This document shows positions 49,890 through 60,285 of a stretch of DNA of 64,000 bases, one piece after another. The DNA is taken from assembly GCA_016720835.1 (NCBI GenBank), contig JADKJW010000001.1:390776-454775 (forward strand), written 5' to 3'. The translations under genes were made by a program, and so were the position numbers. The notes under the pieces were generated by a model that saw only the letters and a program-made list of their open reading frames with translations, was not told where the DNA came from and did not search any database. How positions within the stretch are numbered: the first letter of the stretch is position 1; each line of letters opens with the position of its first letter. The stretch comes from Ignavibacteria bacterium. GTDB taxonomy: Bacteria > Bacteroidota > Ignavibacteria > SZUA-365.

Positions 49890-50708
49890 TCAGCTCTCCT
49901 CGTCCTCATCGTCGCGCATGCCCGCGCGAAGTTCCGAGATGATGCCTTTCATCATCGCGAAATCCTCCGGATCATAGTTCACCGCGGTGAGCACCAGACC
50001 ATGCGGAGGCGCGAGCATCGGCGTGAAGGCGCGGTCCTTCGCCTCGAGGATGTCTCCGAATTGCCCGACCGTCATCCTGCCCCTGCCGACGAGCACCAGC
50101 CCGCCGACGAGCGCGCGAACCATGCCCTTCAGGAAGCGGTTTGCGCGCAGCGTGAAGACGCAGGATTCCTCGCGCACCATCCATGCCGTCTCGTACATGT
50201 GGCAGGTGCAGTGATCGACGGTGGGAGAGAACTTCGAGAAACTCGTGAAGTCGCGCGTACCGGGCAGCAGCGCCGCGGCCTCCTGAATGCGCCGGTGCTC
50301 GAGACGGGCGTAGACGATCCACCGGTCCCGACGGTGCAGCGAAGTCCGTTGCTGCGTCAGCGAGTACGCGTACTCACGCGAGGATGCGGAGAAGCGGGCA
50401 TGGAAATCCGCGGACGTCACGGCGAGGTCCCGCACGGAAACATCCGCCGGCAACACCGCGTTCAAGGCGCGTCCGATGGTGTGGGGATCCAGGCGCGTCG
50501 CGGCATCGAAGTGCGCGACCTGCCCGCGCGCATGCACGCCCGTGTCGGTGCGTCCCGCGCCGTGCACGCGAGTCGCGGAGCCGAACAGGCGTTCCGCGGC
50601 CTCCTCCAGCGTCCCTTGCACGGACCGCCCGGACGGCTGCAATTGCCATCCCACAAAATCGGTGCCGTCGTATTCGACGGTCATGCGGAAACGGCGCGGA
50701 TCATGCAT
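49890..50708 (-). CDS. truA: tRNA pseudouridine(38-40) synthase
   Basis: RMTVEYDGTDFVGWQLQPSGRSVQGTLEEA...HGAGRTDTGVHARGQVAHFD. The listed ORF has an upstream extension. Confidence 0.88.
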   Translation of the reverse strand: MHDPRRFRMTVEYDGTDFVGWQLQPSGRSVQGTLEEAAERLFGSATRVHGAGRTDTGVHARGQVAHFDAATRLDPHTIGRALNAVLPADVSVRDLAVTSADFHARFSASSREYAYSLTQQRTSLHRRDRWIVYARLEHRRIQEAAALLPGTRDFTSFSKFSPTVDHCTCHMYETAWMVREESCVFTLRANRFLKGMVRALVGGLVLVGRGRMTVGQFGDILEAKDRAFTPMLAPPHGLVLTAVNYDPEDFAMMKGIISELRAGMRDDEDEES

Positions 50709-51033
50709 GCGCGCAATCCCACGGGCGGTGATCCAGGACAGGACGGTTGCGGGAGAACATCGAAAAAGGTAGCGGAAAAATCGTGCCGCCGCAAGGGTTG
50801 AAACGTGTACGAATATTACATGAAAACGAATCGCGCTCTTGACAATTGCCCCATGACATCGTAGTTTCCATCCGATCACACCCAAATTCCGCACATCCTG
50901 TCTGTGACGATACAACCGGCACGCATCGTGCCTTTCAACACATTTCTTCAGGATTCATTTTTTTCAGGGAAAAAAATGCGAGATAAACGGACTCATACTA
51001 TCCGGGTTTCCTCCTTTCACTCACCCTCATGAG

Positions 51034-54000
51034 GTGGCTATGAACAAGCGATTCTCATTCGCGCTGCTCGCGCTGCTGTTCTGTTCGACCGCGGCGCTCG
51101 CGCAGGACGCACTCCCGACACCCCGCTTCGTGCCTCCCGAAATTCGCGGGAACGACGCGCAGGCCTTCTACAAGGACATGGCGATCATCGAAACGAACTG
51201 TTCCGACTGGACGGAAGTTCGCGCGTTGTGGAAACAGCTCACGGAAAAGGGCGCGCTCATCTCGGTGATCGCCTCGCCGAAGCGCTGGATCGGCTGGGTC
51301 CCGACCGAATCGAAGGATGCCGTCGGCAGCGCCCGCTTGAACAGCGCGACGGGCTCCCTCGGCGTGACCTCGATCTCGTATACTGCCGCTGAATTTCGGA
51401 CCAAACACTCCGGCATGCAGCTGCAATCGACCAGCGAAGAGGAATCGGCCCTCGTGGAGTATCTGGAACACGCGAAGCACACGCGGACGCCGGAGGAACT
51501 GCAGCGCATCGAGGAGCGCACGCGCGAACTCGATCTCATTGCGCCGACCGTTCAGCAACCGCCGTGCGTCTTCACCAATCCCGAGCCGATCCCCCTGCCC
51601 GAAACGGCCTCATCGCCGAAGGGACCCTCCACGCAGGGCGGCGCCAATCCGTCGATCACTCGCAGATCGACACCGCAGGGACTGATCGTCCACACGAGCG
51701 TGTTCCCGGAGAGCCAGAGCGGGACAGGATCCTGGAACTGGGACATGACCGTGTACAACCGCTACCGCAATCTCCATCTCGACGCGATGCACTACTGGAC
51801 GGCGCAGGCTTCCAAATACGGCAAGAGCGCGACCCTGATCTGGCGCCTCTACGGCCCCACCCACTGGTGTTCGCAGGTATCCGGCGAACCGACGGTCATC
51901 GGGGAACACACGTTTATTCCGGTCATCCTCAACAACATCTATCCACCCGACGTCTGGGACATCCTCTTTGGACGCATCCCGAACTGGAACGGAAGCAACG
52001 GCCTGGACCGCGGCGACGCGTGGGGCTGGTACTACAACAATAAAATCCGGGACTATTTCGGGGCGGACCAGGCAATTTGCGCCTTCATCGCGTGGAAAGG
52101 CACCCCGAACGAGGGGATCTGGCCGCACGCCCGCTCCGTGACATGGGGGAACGGCGACCACGAAGGCATCTACTACGCGATGGATGTGCGGTACTGGCAG
52201 GCCGGGCTCGACCCCTATGCCATGCCCAGCCGCAATGTCTGCGCGCATGAAATCGGCCACCTCTGGGGCTCGCCCGACGAGTACCGCACGGACAATTGCA
52301 CGTGGTCATACCGTGGAGCCGAAAACATCAACTGCCAAACAACCCGGCCGACGGCCCCGGGTCGCCCGGGCTACAAGATCGTCGGTTTCGACGCGATGAT
52401 GGTCGGGAATTATCTCTCGGGTTCGAGTTCCGTCATGCCCGTGCACATGGGCCTGCTCACTGCGGGACAGCGGACGCCGTTGCGCTGCTTCACATCGCAG
52501 CCGGCCAACATTCCCATCACGCTCCACATTTGCGACAACAGTTCGCATGCGCTGTCCACACGCACGCTGACGGGTCCGACCTGTGTGCCGATGGAATGGG
52601 ACTTCTGCTATAAAACCGAAGTCCCGCTCACACGCAGCATTTCCGGGTCGACGTGGTACTTCGACCATTTCGAAGTGAAGCGCGAGAACGGCGCGACCTC
52701 GAACATCGACGACTACGCGAACAACATGCCGTCCTACGCGTTCACCTCGACGCAGGCGAATCCCGTCACCGACGTCAAGGCGGTGTACACGAATACCCCG
52801 CCCGATTTCAATACTGCCAACACCTCGATCACCGCATGGCTCGCACCGGCGGGCAATTCCGCGACGCCAAATCCCGCGGTCGCACTGCGTTGGCGAAACA
52901 AGTACGACATGCAGAAGGTCGTGACGAAAATCGAATGGGAGCGCACTGCAGGGACATGGGTGGAAGTGCAGCCCGTGCTCGGACCGTTCCCGGTCTCGAT
53001 CGGGCAGTACACCGGAGTGATCATCACCGCGCTCCCGCTTGCGGGAGGAGGTACCACGGCCGTGGCGGCAAACACGCAGTACCGCTTCCGCATTGTGGGC
53101 ATCTTCAACACGATCCGCGGCACCAACAGCGTGGTCGCCGAAATCCGCACGCGCCCGTCCTCACCGACGGATACGGTCTATTGCAGGGACGCGCAGGAGC
53201 CGAATTCCGCGGCTTCGCCGAAGGTCCTCACCTCGTCCGGCCCCGGCATGGCGCCGTATCTCTTCAAGGCGGCCTGTCCGATCTCGATGATCACCGGCGA
53301 GTTCACCTGGTTCAGACCCAAATACGACTACTATCGCGTGACGGCCATCAACCTCAGCAACGTGACGGGCGGCGAGCGTCTCACCCTGGTGCTGCACGTG
53401 AGCGACGGCTCGAAATTCAAACCGGTGTTCCGCGCGAAAATGGCGGGCAGTTCCACGTACATCAATTCGTCGAGCGGCGGCCCGGGGTATTACATCCTGT
53501 CGCTGTCGGTGGACGGGACGTACGACATCAGCGTCGAACCGGAGATCAGCTCCTTCATCAGTTATCGCCTCATCGAACCGTCGACCGGCGACTTCGGGTT
53601 CGGCGAATATACCATCAGCGTCGATCGGACCTACAACAAGCCGCCGCTCGTCGCATTCTGTCCGACATGCGTCAAGGTCAGCATCCTCCAGCCTATCAGC
53701 GGCCTGTTGATCTCGAAAGCGCCGGGCGATCTGTTCGACAAGGGCGTCGATAAAAACACGCCGGGACTCTTCGATGTGCTGTTCCACCCCCCGGCGGGCT
53801 TCATCTTCGACGGCTGGGATCTCCCCAAGCCCGAGATCCTGGAAGATCCGAAAGCGAACCCGACCAAATTCAAGTACGGCCCGAATACGCCGCCGGGAGA
53901 ATACGAACTCGGCGCGAAATTGAGACCGGTGGCGCAGGGTCAGAACGAACTCGTGGTCATCTTCCCGCAGGGACCCGACGGTCCCTTCGAGGCCCGCACG

Positions 54001-56148
54001 CTGCATTCGACTGGCGCGGTCGTGAACGTGACGGCGCCCGCGAATCCGAACTACCTCTTCCTCGGGTGGAGTCACGACACCGCCGCGACGACGAATCCTC
54101 TTCCCGTCACGATGTGGCGCAGCAAGAAACTCATCGCCACGTGGAGAGAGAAGCCGTGCCAGCCGGAACCGATGGTGAAGTGGGTGCATCGCGCAACGCT
54201 GACCAACGCGAAGAACGGCAGCGTCACCATCGACTACGGCATGGATCCGAGCGCGGGTGACGGGCTCGAAGCGGGGCAGGTGGACCTTCCTCCCATTCCG
54301 CCTCCGGGACCGTTCGATATCCGTTTCATCAACATCACCGGTTCGCAGGGAAGCATCAGCGATCTGCGCGCGATACAGCAGTCATTCATCTATCTGCTGC
54401 GCGTCCAGACCGGAACCACCGGCACCGCGCCCGTGCAGATGACCTGGGGCGCGCCGCCGGTTTCACCGAACGCGACGTTCTTCCTGTACGTGCAGGGCGA
54501 ACCCGCGCCGTTCAACATGCGCACGACATCGAGTTACACCTTTGCCGCGGAAGGCACGTACAATTGCCGCATCGAAGTGAAGATGCCGGAGTGCCCGCCG
54601 AAATCGAAGGAACCCGAAGTGGTCATCGTTCCGACGCGCAACGATCCGACGCGCTTCCCCTGCGTGGAACTGGCGATGCAGTTCCGCGACCGCAAGACCG
54701 ACATGCTCTATCCGCTGTACAACCCGTATCAATTCCATCTCTTCGAGAAGAACGACGATGGCGGGTGGGGCCCGATCCGCATCACCGAAATCGTGCAGCT
54801 CCCGACCATGACGCTCTTCCGCATTTGTACGGACGAAGGGAGCCCGAAACCGAATCGCGAGATCGTCATCGTCAACGACGATCAGGATCCGGACACGAAG
54901 AAGGACACGATCACGGTCAATATCCCCGTGCCGAATCCCACCGGGACAGGCACTCCTGTCCGCTTCGTGCAGCAGCATAGCGGAGACTGGGAGCTTGTCT
55001 CGATTCCGCTCGAGGTCAAGTACCCTGAATCGAACGTGATCTTCTCCGATCCCGCGACGCTTCTCTTCCGGTTCGATACGAACACCGGATATTACTTCTC
55101 CGTGCCGAAGATGACGTTCGGTGAAGGCTACTGGTTGAAGACGAACGATAAAGCCACGGTCTACTACGGGATGGAGAAGCTCATCTTCAACTGGGACACG
55201 CTCATCGGTATCGGGCAGCCCTACGGCTACGGCTGGAATCTCATCGGCGCGGTGTCGAAACCGCTCGCCGTGGCCGCGATCCAGCAGACACCCGCGGGCG
55301 GTCTCAAGGCCATCTTCGGCTACAATCCCGCGTCGGGCTACGTCGTTCCGACCATCGTCAATCCCGGACAGGGCTTCTGGGTCCGTGTCGACCCGAACAC
55401 GAAACTCAAGATGCAGGCGCCCGGCGTCGCCGGACCGCCGACCGTCACAGCATACGCGAAGACCGCGGCCAGTCTGAACGTCATTGCCAACCTGGTGTTC
55501 ACCACTGCCAGGAATGAGCGCCAGGAACTGCCGGTGACGACCAGCCGCATCTCCGCGGCCGATGTCGACAACCTGCTCCTTCCGCCGCTTCCCTACGGGT
55601 CGGGACTCGATGTCCGCACCGAGGCGGGAACGCGGTACATTCCGTTCGGCATGACCGGCATCGATATTCGCAGCCAGATCGATGTGAAGGTGACGTTCGA
55701 ACCTGTCGTCGCGACGCAGGACCGCTATCAGTTGCTCGACGAGAATGACGCCGTTCTGGCGGAATTCAGCGGCGCGCAGCCGGTGACGGTCACCGTCCCC
55801 GCATCGAACGCGCACCGGATCTTTCTGAAGACCATGACGTCCGGAATATCCGGCAACTTCGCCCTCGACCAGAACTGGCCGAATCCGTTCTCGCCGGCGC
55901 AGCACGAAGCCACCACCATCGCCGTCACGTTCGGGACGCCGTCGCATGCGCGCCTCGCCGTGTACGACGTGATGGGAAGGCAGGTGCGGCTCCTGCTCGA
56001 TCAGGACCTCCCGGCGGGCATGAAACATCTGCGCTGGGATGGTCGCGACGGGCGCGGGGACCTGCTTCCTGCGGGCACCTACCTGCTGCGCCTGCAGGCT
56101 GCCGAGGGCACGATCACGAAATCGATGACCATCACTCACGCCAAGTGA
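51034..56148 (+). CDS. 1704-aa secreted multidomain protein. N-terminal zinc-metallopeptidase-like domain (HEIGHLWGSPDEY), multiple Ig/FN3-like domains, shared GWNLIG tandem module, C-terminal T9SS sorting domain
   Basis: Signal peptide MAMNKRFSFALLALLFCSTAALAQ. CAHEIGHLWGSPDEY (HExxHxxGxxDEY, reminiscent of M64-type peptidases). Module GDWELVSIPL...GYWLKT...GWNLIGAVS...GFWVRV. CTD NWPNPFSPAQHEATTIAVTFGTPSHARLAVYDVMGRQVRLLLD...GTYLLRLQA. Confidence 0.85.
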   Translation: MAMNKRFSFALLALLFCSTAALAQDALPTPRFVPPEIRGNDAQAFYKDMAIIETNCSDWTEVRALWKQLTEKGALISVIASPKRWIGWVPTESKDAVGSARLNSATGSLGVTSISYTAAEFRTKHSGMQLQSTSEEESALVEYLEHAKHTRTPEELQRIEERTRELDLIAPTVQQPPCVFTNPEPIPLPETASSPKGPSTQGGANPSITRRSTPQGLIVHTSVFPESQSGTGSWNWDMTVYNRYRNLHLDAMHYWTAQASKYGKSATLIWRLYGPTHWCSQVSGEPTVIGEHTFIPVILNNIYPPDVWDILFGRIPNWNGSNGLDRGDAWGWYYNNKIRDYFGADQAICAFIAWKGTPNEGIWPHARSVTWGNGDHEGIYYAMDVRYWQAGLDPYAMPSRNVCAHEIGHLWGSPDEYRTDNCTWSYRGAENINCQTTRPTAPGRPGYKIVGFDAMMVGNYLSGSSSVMPVHMGLLTAGQRTPLRCFTSQPANIPITLHICDNSSHALSTRTLTGPTCVPMEWDFCYKTEVPLTRSISGSTWYFDHFEVKRENGATSNIDDYANNMPSYAFTSTQANPVTDVKAVYTNTPPDFNTANTSITAWLAPAGNSATPNPAVALRWRNKYDMQKVVTKIEWERTAGTWVEVQPVLGPFPVSIGQYTGVIITALPLAGGGTTAVAANTQYRFRIVGIFNTIRGTNSVVAEIRTRPSSPTDTVYCRDAQEPNSAASPKVLTSSGPGMAPYLFKAACPISMITGEFTWFRPKYDYYRVTAINLSNVTGGERLTLVLHVSDGSKFKPVFRAKMAGSSTYINSSSGGPGYYILSLSVDGTYDISVEPEISSFISYRLIEPSTGDFGFGEYTISVDRTYNKPPLVAFCPTCVKVSILQPISGLLISKAPGDLFDKGVDKNTPGLFDVLFHPPAGFIFDGWDLPKPEILEDPKANPTKFKYGPNTPPGEYELGAKLRPVAQGQNELVVIFPQGPDGPFEARTLHSTGAVVNVTAPANPNYLFLGWSHDTAATTNPLPVTMWRSKKLIATWREKPCQPEPMVKWVHRATLTNAKNGSVTIDYGMDPSAGDGLEAGQVDLPPIPPPGPFDIRFINITGSQGSISDLRAIQQSFIYLLRVQTGTTGTAPVQMTWGAPPVSPNATFFLYVQGEPAPFNMRTTSSYTFAAEGTYNCRIEVKMPECPPKSKEPEVVIVPTRNDPTRFPCVELAMQFRDRKTDMLYPLYNPYQFHLFEKNDDGGWGPIRITEIVQLPTMTLFRICTDEGSPKPNREIVIVNDDQDPDTKKDTITVNIPVPNPTGTGTPVRFVQQHSGDWELVSIPLEVKYPESNVIFSDPATLLFRFDTNTGYYFSVPKMTFGEGYWLKTNDKATVYYGMEKLIFNWDTLIGIGQPYGYGWNLIGAVSKPLAVAAIQQTPAGGLKAIFGYNPASGYVVPTIVNPGQGFWVRVDPNTKLKMQAPGVAGPPTVTAYAKTAASLNVIANLVFTTARNERQELPVTTSRISAADVDNLLLPPLPYGSGLDVRTEAGTRYIPFGMTGIDIRSQIDVKVTFEPVVATQDRYQLLDENDAVLAEFSGAQPVTVTVPASNAHRIFLKTMTSGISGNFALDQNWPNPFSPAQHEATTIAVTFGTPSHARLAVYDVMGRQVRLLLDQDLPAGMKHLRWDGRDGRGDLLPAGTYLLRLQAAEGTITKSMTITHAK

Positions 56149-56162
56149 CAGGAGGAAACACC

Positions 56163-57272
56163 ATGAAACGCACACATTTCTTTCTCGTCGCTTTCGCCGT
56201 TTCCTTCTTCTTCGCGATTCCGCACGGTATCGCCCAGGAATTGCGCGGCGTGATGCTCGGCCTCACGGTCTCAAACTTCAACAACCGCAGCCAGAATCTT
56301 TCGATCGGCATTATCGAAGGCGCGTCAAAGGGCATCGATCAGCAGCTCGGAGAACTGGAGCTTCCCCCGTTTCCTCCGCAGGAGATCTTTGACGCGCGCA
56401 TCGCGAGCACGCCCGGAATGTCCTCGCTCGGCACGGGTTCGCTCTCGGACTATCGCCCGGCGAGCCCGTCGACCACCTCATACACCGAGACCTACACCGT
56501 CGCGTACCAGGGAGGCCTGGGCGCGACGAAGGTCAAGCTCGAATGGCAGTTTCCGCTCCCCGGACGCGTGACGAAACTCACCGTCGACGGCACGGATGTG
56601 ACGGCCCTGGCGTCCATCGATATTCCGTTTCCGGGGGGACAGGCGACGGTCGTCGTGACGTACAATTACGCCCCGCTCTCGTTCACAGCGCTTCCGACGT
56701 CGCTCTCCTTCGATGCGAACAACCGCGATGCGCTTCCCTCGAAGCCGCTCGAGATCATCCCCCAGGGCGACAGTCAGGCACAGTGGATGATCAGCTCCGA
56801 TGCCGACTGGCTCAGCCTCGATGCGGGATCGGGCGAAGGCAGACAGACGATCACCGTGGAGGTCAGAACCGGGATCATCCCGACAGGAGTGTACACGGGC
56901 ATCATCACCGTGCGCTCGCTCTTCGATCCGGCCTTCCTCGACATTCCGGTCACGCTGAACTACACGCTCGGCGCGAACGGGGCGCCGCTTCCGGAGGGCA
57001 TGGCGTTGACGCAGAATTTCCCGAATCCCGCTTCGGGGAGCACCGCGATCAGCGTCTCGCTCGGCGTGCAGGCCGCCGTCTCGTCCCCTCCAATCCTGAA
57101 GGTGACCGACATGGCCGGCCGCGTCGTCCTCGACCTCTCCTCCCGGCTGCGCCGTGATCCGGGGCCGCAGACGCTGGCGGTGGACATCGCGTTCCTGCCC
57201 GCGGGTTCATATACGTACACGCTCAGCGGCGCGGGGTATGAAGTCTCGCGCAGCATGATCGTGGTGAAATAA
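56163..57272 (+). CDS. secreted BACON-domain protein with C-terminal T9SS sorting domain
   Basis: Signal peptide MKRTHFFLVAFAVSFFFAIPHGIAQ. BACON-like PTSLSFDANNRDALPSKPLEIIPQGDSQAQWMISSDADWLSLDAGSG. CTD TQNFPNPASGSTAISVSL...KVTDMAGRVVLDL...GSYTYTLSGAG. The start codon overlaps the upstream gene's stop region. Confidence 0.75.
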   Translation: MKRTHFFLVAFAVSFFFAIPHGIAQELRGVMLGLTVSNFNNRSQNLSIGIIEGASKGIDQQLGELELPPFPPQEIFDARIASTPGMSSLGTGSLSDYRPASPSTTSYTETYTVAYQGGLGATKVKLEWQFPLPGRVTKLTVDGTDVTALASIDIPFPGGQATVVVTYNYAPLSFTALPTSLSFDANNRDALPSKPLEIIPQGDSQAQWMISSDADWLSLDAGSGEGRQTITVEVRTGIIPTGVYTGIITVRSLFDPAFLDIPVTLNYTLGANGAPLPEGMALTQNFPNPASGSTAISVSLGVQAAVSSPPILKVTDMAGRVVLDLSSRLRRDPGPQTLAVDIAFLPAGSYTYTLSGAGYEVSRSMIVVK

Positions 57273-57352
57273 TCCTGTCATCACACGGGGATGGCGCGGT
57301 TGTCCCTTTCCGGACGGCCGCGCCCGCCTCGTTCTCAATCAGAAGGTTCTCC

Positions 57353-60202
57353 ATGAAACGCATTGTCGGCGTTCTCCTGCTCTTCATCGGATGTTTCGCG
57401 CCGCGTGACGCGAGCGCGCAATATTCAGCGGTCAACGAGGCGCTGTCGCTCACCGGTGCGGGGTATGTCTCCATCCCGTGGGCAAACGCATTCAACGGGC
57501 AGCTGAACCAGATCGGGATGTTCAGCATCGATGCCTGGGTCTATCCGAGTTCGCTCTCCGGATACATGACCGTTGTCGGCAACGACTACGGTGTCGGGTA
57601 CTGGCTCGGCGTCACTCCGACCGGCAAGATCCGTTTCTACCCGCGAGGCGGCCTGTACTACGACAGCCCGGGGTCGATCCCCAGCGGACAATGGTCGCAC
57701 ATTGCCGACTCGTTCAACGCGCGGAAGCAGACTCTCTCCTTCTACATCAACGGGGCGCTCAACGGTTCCGTCGGTGTTCCGCAGGGCGGTGTCGGAAGCG
57801 TCACCGGCGGGGATCTCCGTATCGGCGCGGATCGATCGGGCGGATCACCGGCGTACTACTGGAGCGGCATGATCGATGAAGTGCGACTCTGGACTGAGGA
57901 GATCAATTTCTCGTCGGCAGTCGGGCTGCTGTATCGCGTACCGCATGCGGTCTACAACGGACGCTACGGCAAGTACCTCGTTGCCGGCTGGCGCCTGAAC
58001 GGAAGTGAGACGGGAATCGACAATCAATTCAACGGGACTCTCACCGGCACGAGCAGCTACGCGAGCGCCCCCATGCCGCCGCATTACGCCCGCATCTGCG
58101 CGTCCTTCTCGAACCTGCAACCGCTCGCCGCCGCGGGAACCGACGATTACTTCGCGATCCCCAGTTCCTCGGGAAACGCGCTCGTCCAGAACTACACTCT
58201 CGAGTGCTGGGTGAAGCCCACGTCGACCGGCGGAAGTCCGACCTATCAGACCTTCATCTCGAAGGGATCGCAGTATGCGGGTTCGTGGTCGTACTGGGTC
58301 GGGCTCAACAAGGCGAACAGCAAGGTGCGCTTCGTCCCCAACGGCGATTTCACCGACGGTCTCGAATCGTCCACCACCATGCCGCTGAACCAATGGACGC
58401 ATGTCACCGCCCGGTATCTGGTTTCGGGCAACACGCGCACCGCGACGCTCTTCTTCAATGATGTCGTCGTCGGAACGAAATCCTATTCCAGAGACGCGAC
58501 CCCGAATCAGAACGCGGTGCTGATCGGCCGCGCGGACTATGCAGGCACGCCCGTGAACGGCTACGGATTGTCGGGCTTCCTCGACGAAGTGCGCATCTGG
58601 AACACGGCGCGCAGCAACACGGAAATCATCAACGCCTACCGCATGGAATTGACCGGTCCGGTGACGAATCTCACCTCCTCGTACCACTTCGACGGCGATG
58701 TCCTCGACGCGTCCGGAAACGGAAACAACGGCGCGCATACGCTGGCCGCATCCGCGGACGTGACCTTCAACGACGCAAGCGATCTCCCCGCCATCCCGAC
58801 CGTCCAAGTGCTGCTGCCGAACGGCGGCGAAACCTGGTTCACCGGCAGCACACGCTCGGTGCAGTGGGCTTCCAGCGGCCTGCAAAACGTGCGCATCGAG
58901 TTGTCGCGCGACGGCGGGCAGACCTATGGCGAAGTGCTCACCCCCTCCACGCCCGCGGCGACAGGCGCATTCAATTGGCTGGTGAGCGGTCCCGTGACCG
59001 CCACCGCACGCGTCCGTGTCACCACGACGACGCCGACCTCCCTCTCGGATGAAAGCGACAAGAACTTCAGTATCGAGGACCCGCCGCCGACGCTCAGCGC
59101 GACGCCGTCGTCGCTGACTTTCGCCGCGGCGCAAGGCGGAGTGCTCCCGCCATCGCAGCGCATCCGCCTCAAGAATACGGGAGGCGGGACCCTGAGCTGG
59201 AGCGCCAGTCCCGGCGCAACGGCCTGGCTCAGCCTCAACCCGACGGCGGGAACCGCGAACACGGACTCCTTCGATGTGTCCATTCTTGACTCGAACCTTC
59301 CGGAAAATTCGTATAGCGCCGTCATGACCATCACCGGAAATTTCTCGAACTCGCCGGTCACGATACCCGTCGTGTACCGCGTGACGAAGAAACTCATCTT
59401 CTCGATCTCCGGACGCGTCACGATCGGATCGACGCCGCTCGCGAATATCGTGATCCCGATATTCGGCGACGTGAACACCTCCGCAACAACGGACATCAAC
59501 GGGTACTATTCCGCCACGGGACTGCCGCAAGGCGACTATGCGCTCGCGCCTTCCAATCCCTTCTACGATTTCACTCCCGCCTCGCGCAATTACGCGCCGC
59601 TGAACAGCAATGTCACGGACGCGGACTTCAACGGACGGTCGAAGCGAGGCAGGGCGATGCTGCGGTATCGCGAAGGGTGGAACCTCATGTCGCTTCCGCT
59701 CAATCCCGACATCACCGATCTGGGGTTGCTCCTTCCGGCCGCGAAGCTGCCGGCGTATTTGTTCGATCCCGCAAAGGGGTACGTCGAAACGACGACGGTC
59801 GGTTCCAACAAGATGGTGTTCTGGGTCAACTGCTCGCGGACCGACAGCACGGAGATCAGCGGTGAACTGCTCCCCGCCGTGCAGCATTCCGTCTCCTCCT
59901 CCTACGGTGGATGGAATCTGATCGGGGCGCCGAGCGGTCCCGCCTCCGTCGCGGCGATGGAACAGTTTCCCTCCGGTCTTGCGGTCGCGATCTATGAATA
60001 CGATCCGCTGTTCGGATATCTTCCACCCATCGACGGCCAATTCCGTCCGGGCCGCGGGTACTTCCTGAAGGCGGCCGGAGACGGAAGCGTCCGTATCACG
60101 GCGGAGAGCGCCTTCGCACCGATCGTCTTCAGGCCGTCGCTGCGTTTCCCCGGTGCTGCAGTGCTGTGGGATCCGCCGCCGCCCCCGCCCCCGTCGCGAT
60201 GA
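57353..60202 (+). CDS. large secreted LamG x2 / BACON / carboxypeptidase-regulatory-like protein with unassigned tandem C-terminal module (paralog of 7957..11112)
   Basis: Signal peptide MKRIVGVLLLFIGCFAPRDASAQ. Collinear with and about half identical to 7957..11112 across the LamG blocks (IDAWVYPSSLSGYMTVVGNDY..., LECWVKPT...LDEVRIWN), PNGGETW...VQWAS, BACON (LTFAAAQGGVLPPSQRIRLKNTGGGTLSWSA) and the C-terminal GWNLMSLP...GWNLIGAPS...GYFLKA module. Confidence 0.85.
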   Translation: MKRIVGVLLLFIGCFAPRDASAQYSAVNEALSLTGAGYVSIPWANAFNGQLNQIGMFSIDAWVYPSSLSGYMTVVGNDYGVGYWLGVTPTGKIRFYPRGGLYYDSPGSIPSGQWSHIADSFNARKQTLSFYINGALNGSVGVPQGGVGSVTGGDLRIGADRSGGSPAYYWSGMIDEVRLWTEEINFSSAVGLLYRVPHAVYNGRYGKYLVAGWRLNGSETGIDNQFNGTLTGTSSYASAPMPPHYARICASFSNLQPLAAAGTDDYFAIPSSSGNALVQNYTLECWVKPTSTGGSPTYQTFISKGSQYAGSWSYWVGLNKANSKVRFVPNGDFTDGLESSTTMPLNQWTHVTARYLVSGNTRTATLFFNDVVVGTKSYSRDATPNQNAVLIGRADYAGTPVNGYGLSGFLDEVRIWNTARSNTEIINAYRMELTGPVTNLTSSYHFDGDVLDASGNGNNGAHTLAASADVTFNDASDLPAIPTVQVLLPNGGETWFTGSTRSVQWASSGLQNVRIELSRDGGQTYGEVLTPSTPAATGAFNWLVSGPVTATARVRVTTTTPTSLSDESDKNFSIEDPPPTLSATPSSLTFAAAQGGVLPPSQRIRLKNTGGGTLSWSASPGATAWLSLNPTAGTANTDSFDVSILDSNLPENSYSAVMTITGNFSNSPVTIPVVYRVTKKLIFSISGRVTIGSTPLANIVIPIFGDVNTSATTDINGYYSATGLPQGDYALAPSNPFYDFTPASRNYAPLNSNVTDADFNGRSKRGRAMLRYREGWNLMSLPLNPDITDLGLLLPAAKLPAYLFDPAKGYVETTTVGSNKMVFWVNCSRTDSTEISGELLPAVQHSVSSSYGGWNLIGAPSGPASVAAMEQFPSGLAVAIYEYDPLFGYLPPIDGQFRPGRGYFLKAAGDGSVRITAESAFAPIVFRPSLRFPGAAVLWDPPPPPPPSR

Positions 60203-60231
60203 TGCGCGTGCCGTCATGCGGCGTATCAACG

Positions 60232-60268
60232 AAAAAACCCGCCCAGGCAGATGCCGGGGCGGGTTTTT
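60232..60268. terminator. bidirectional rho-independent terminator (AAAAAA-ACCCGCCC...GGGCGGGT-TTTTT)
   Basis: 8-bp GC stem flanked by an A-run and a T-run, between the convergent 57353..60202 (+) and 60286..60531 (-) genes. Confidence 0.65.
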
Positions 60269-60285
60269 CATGATCCGGAAAGAAT

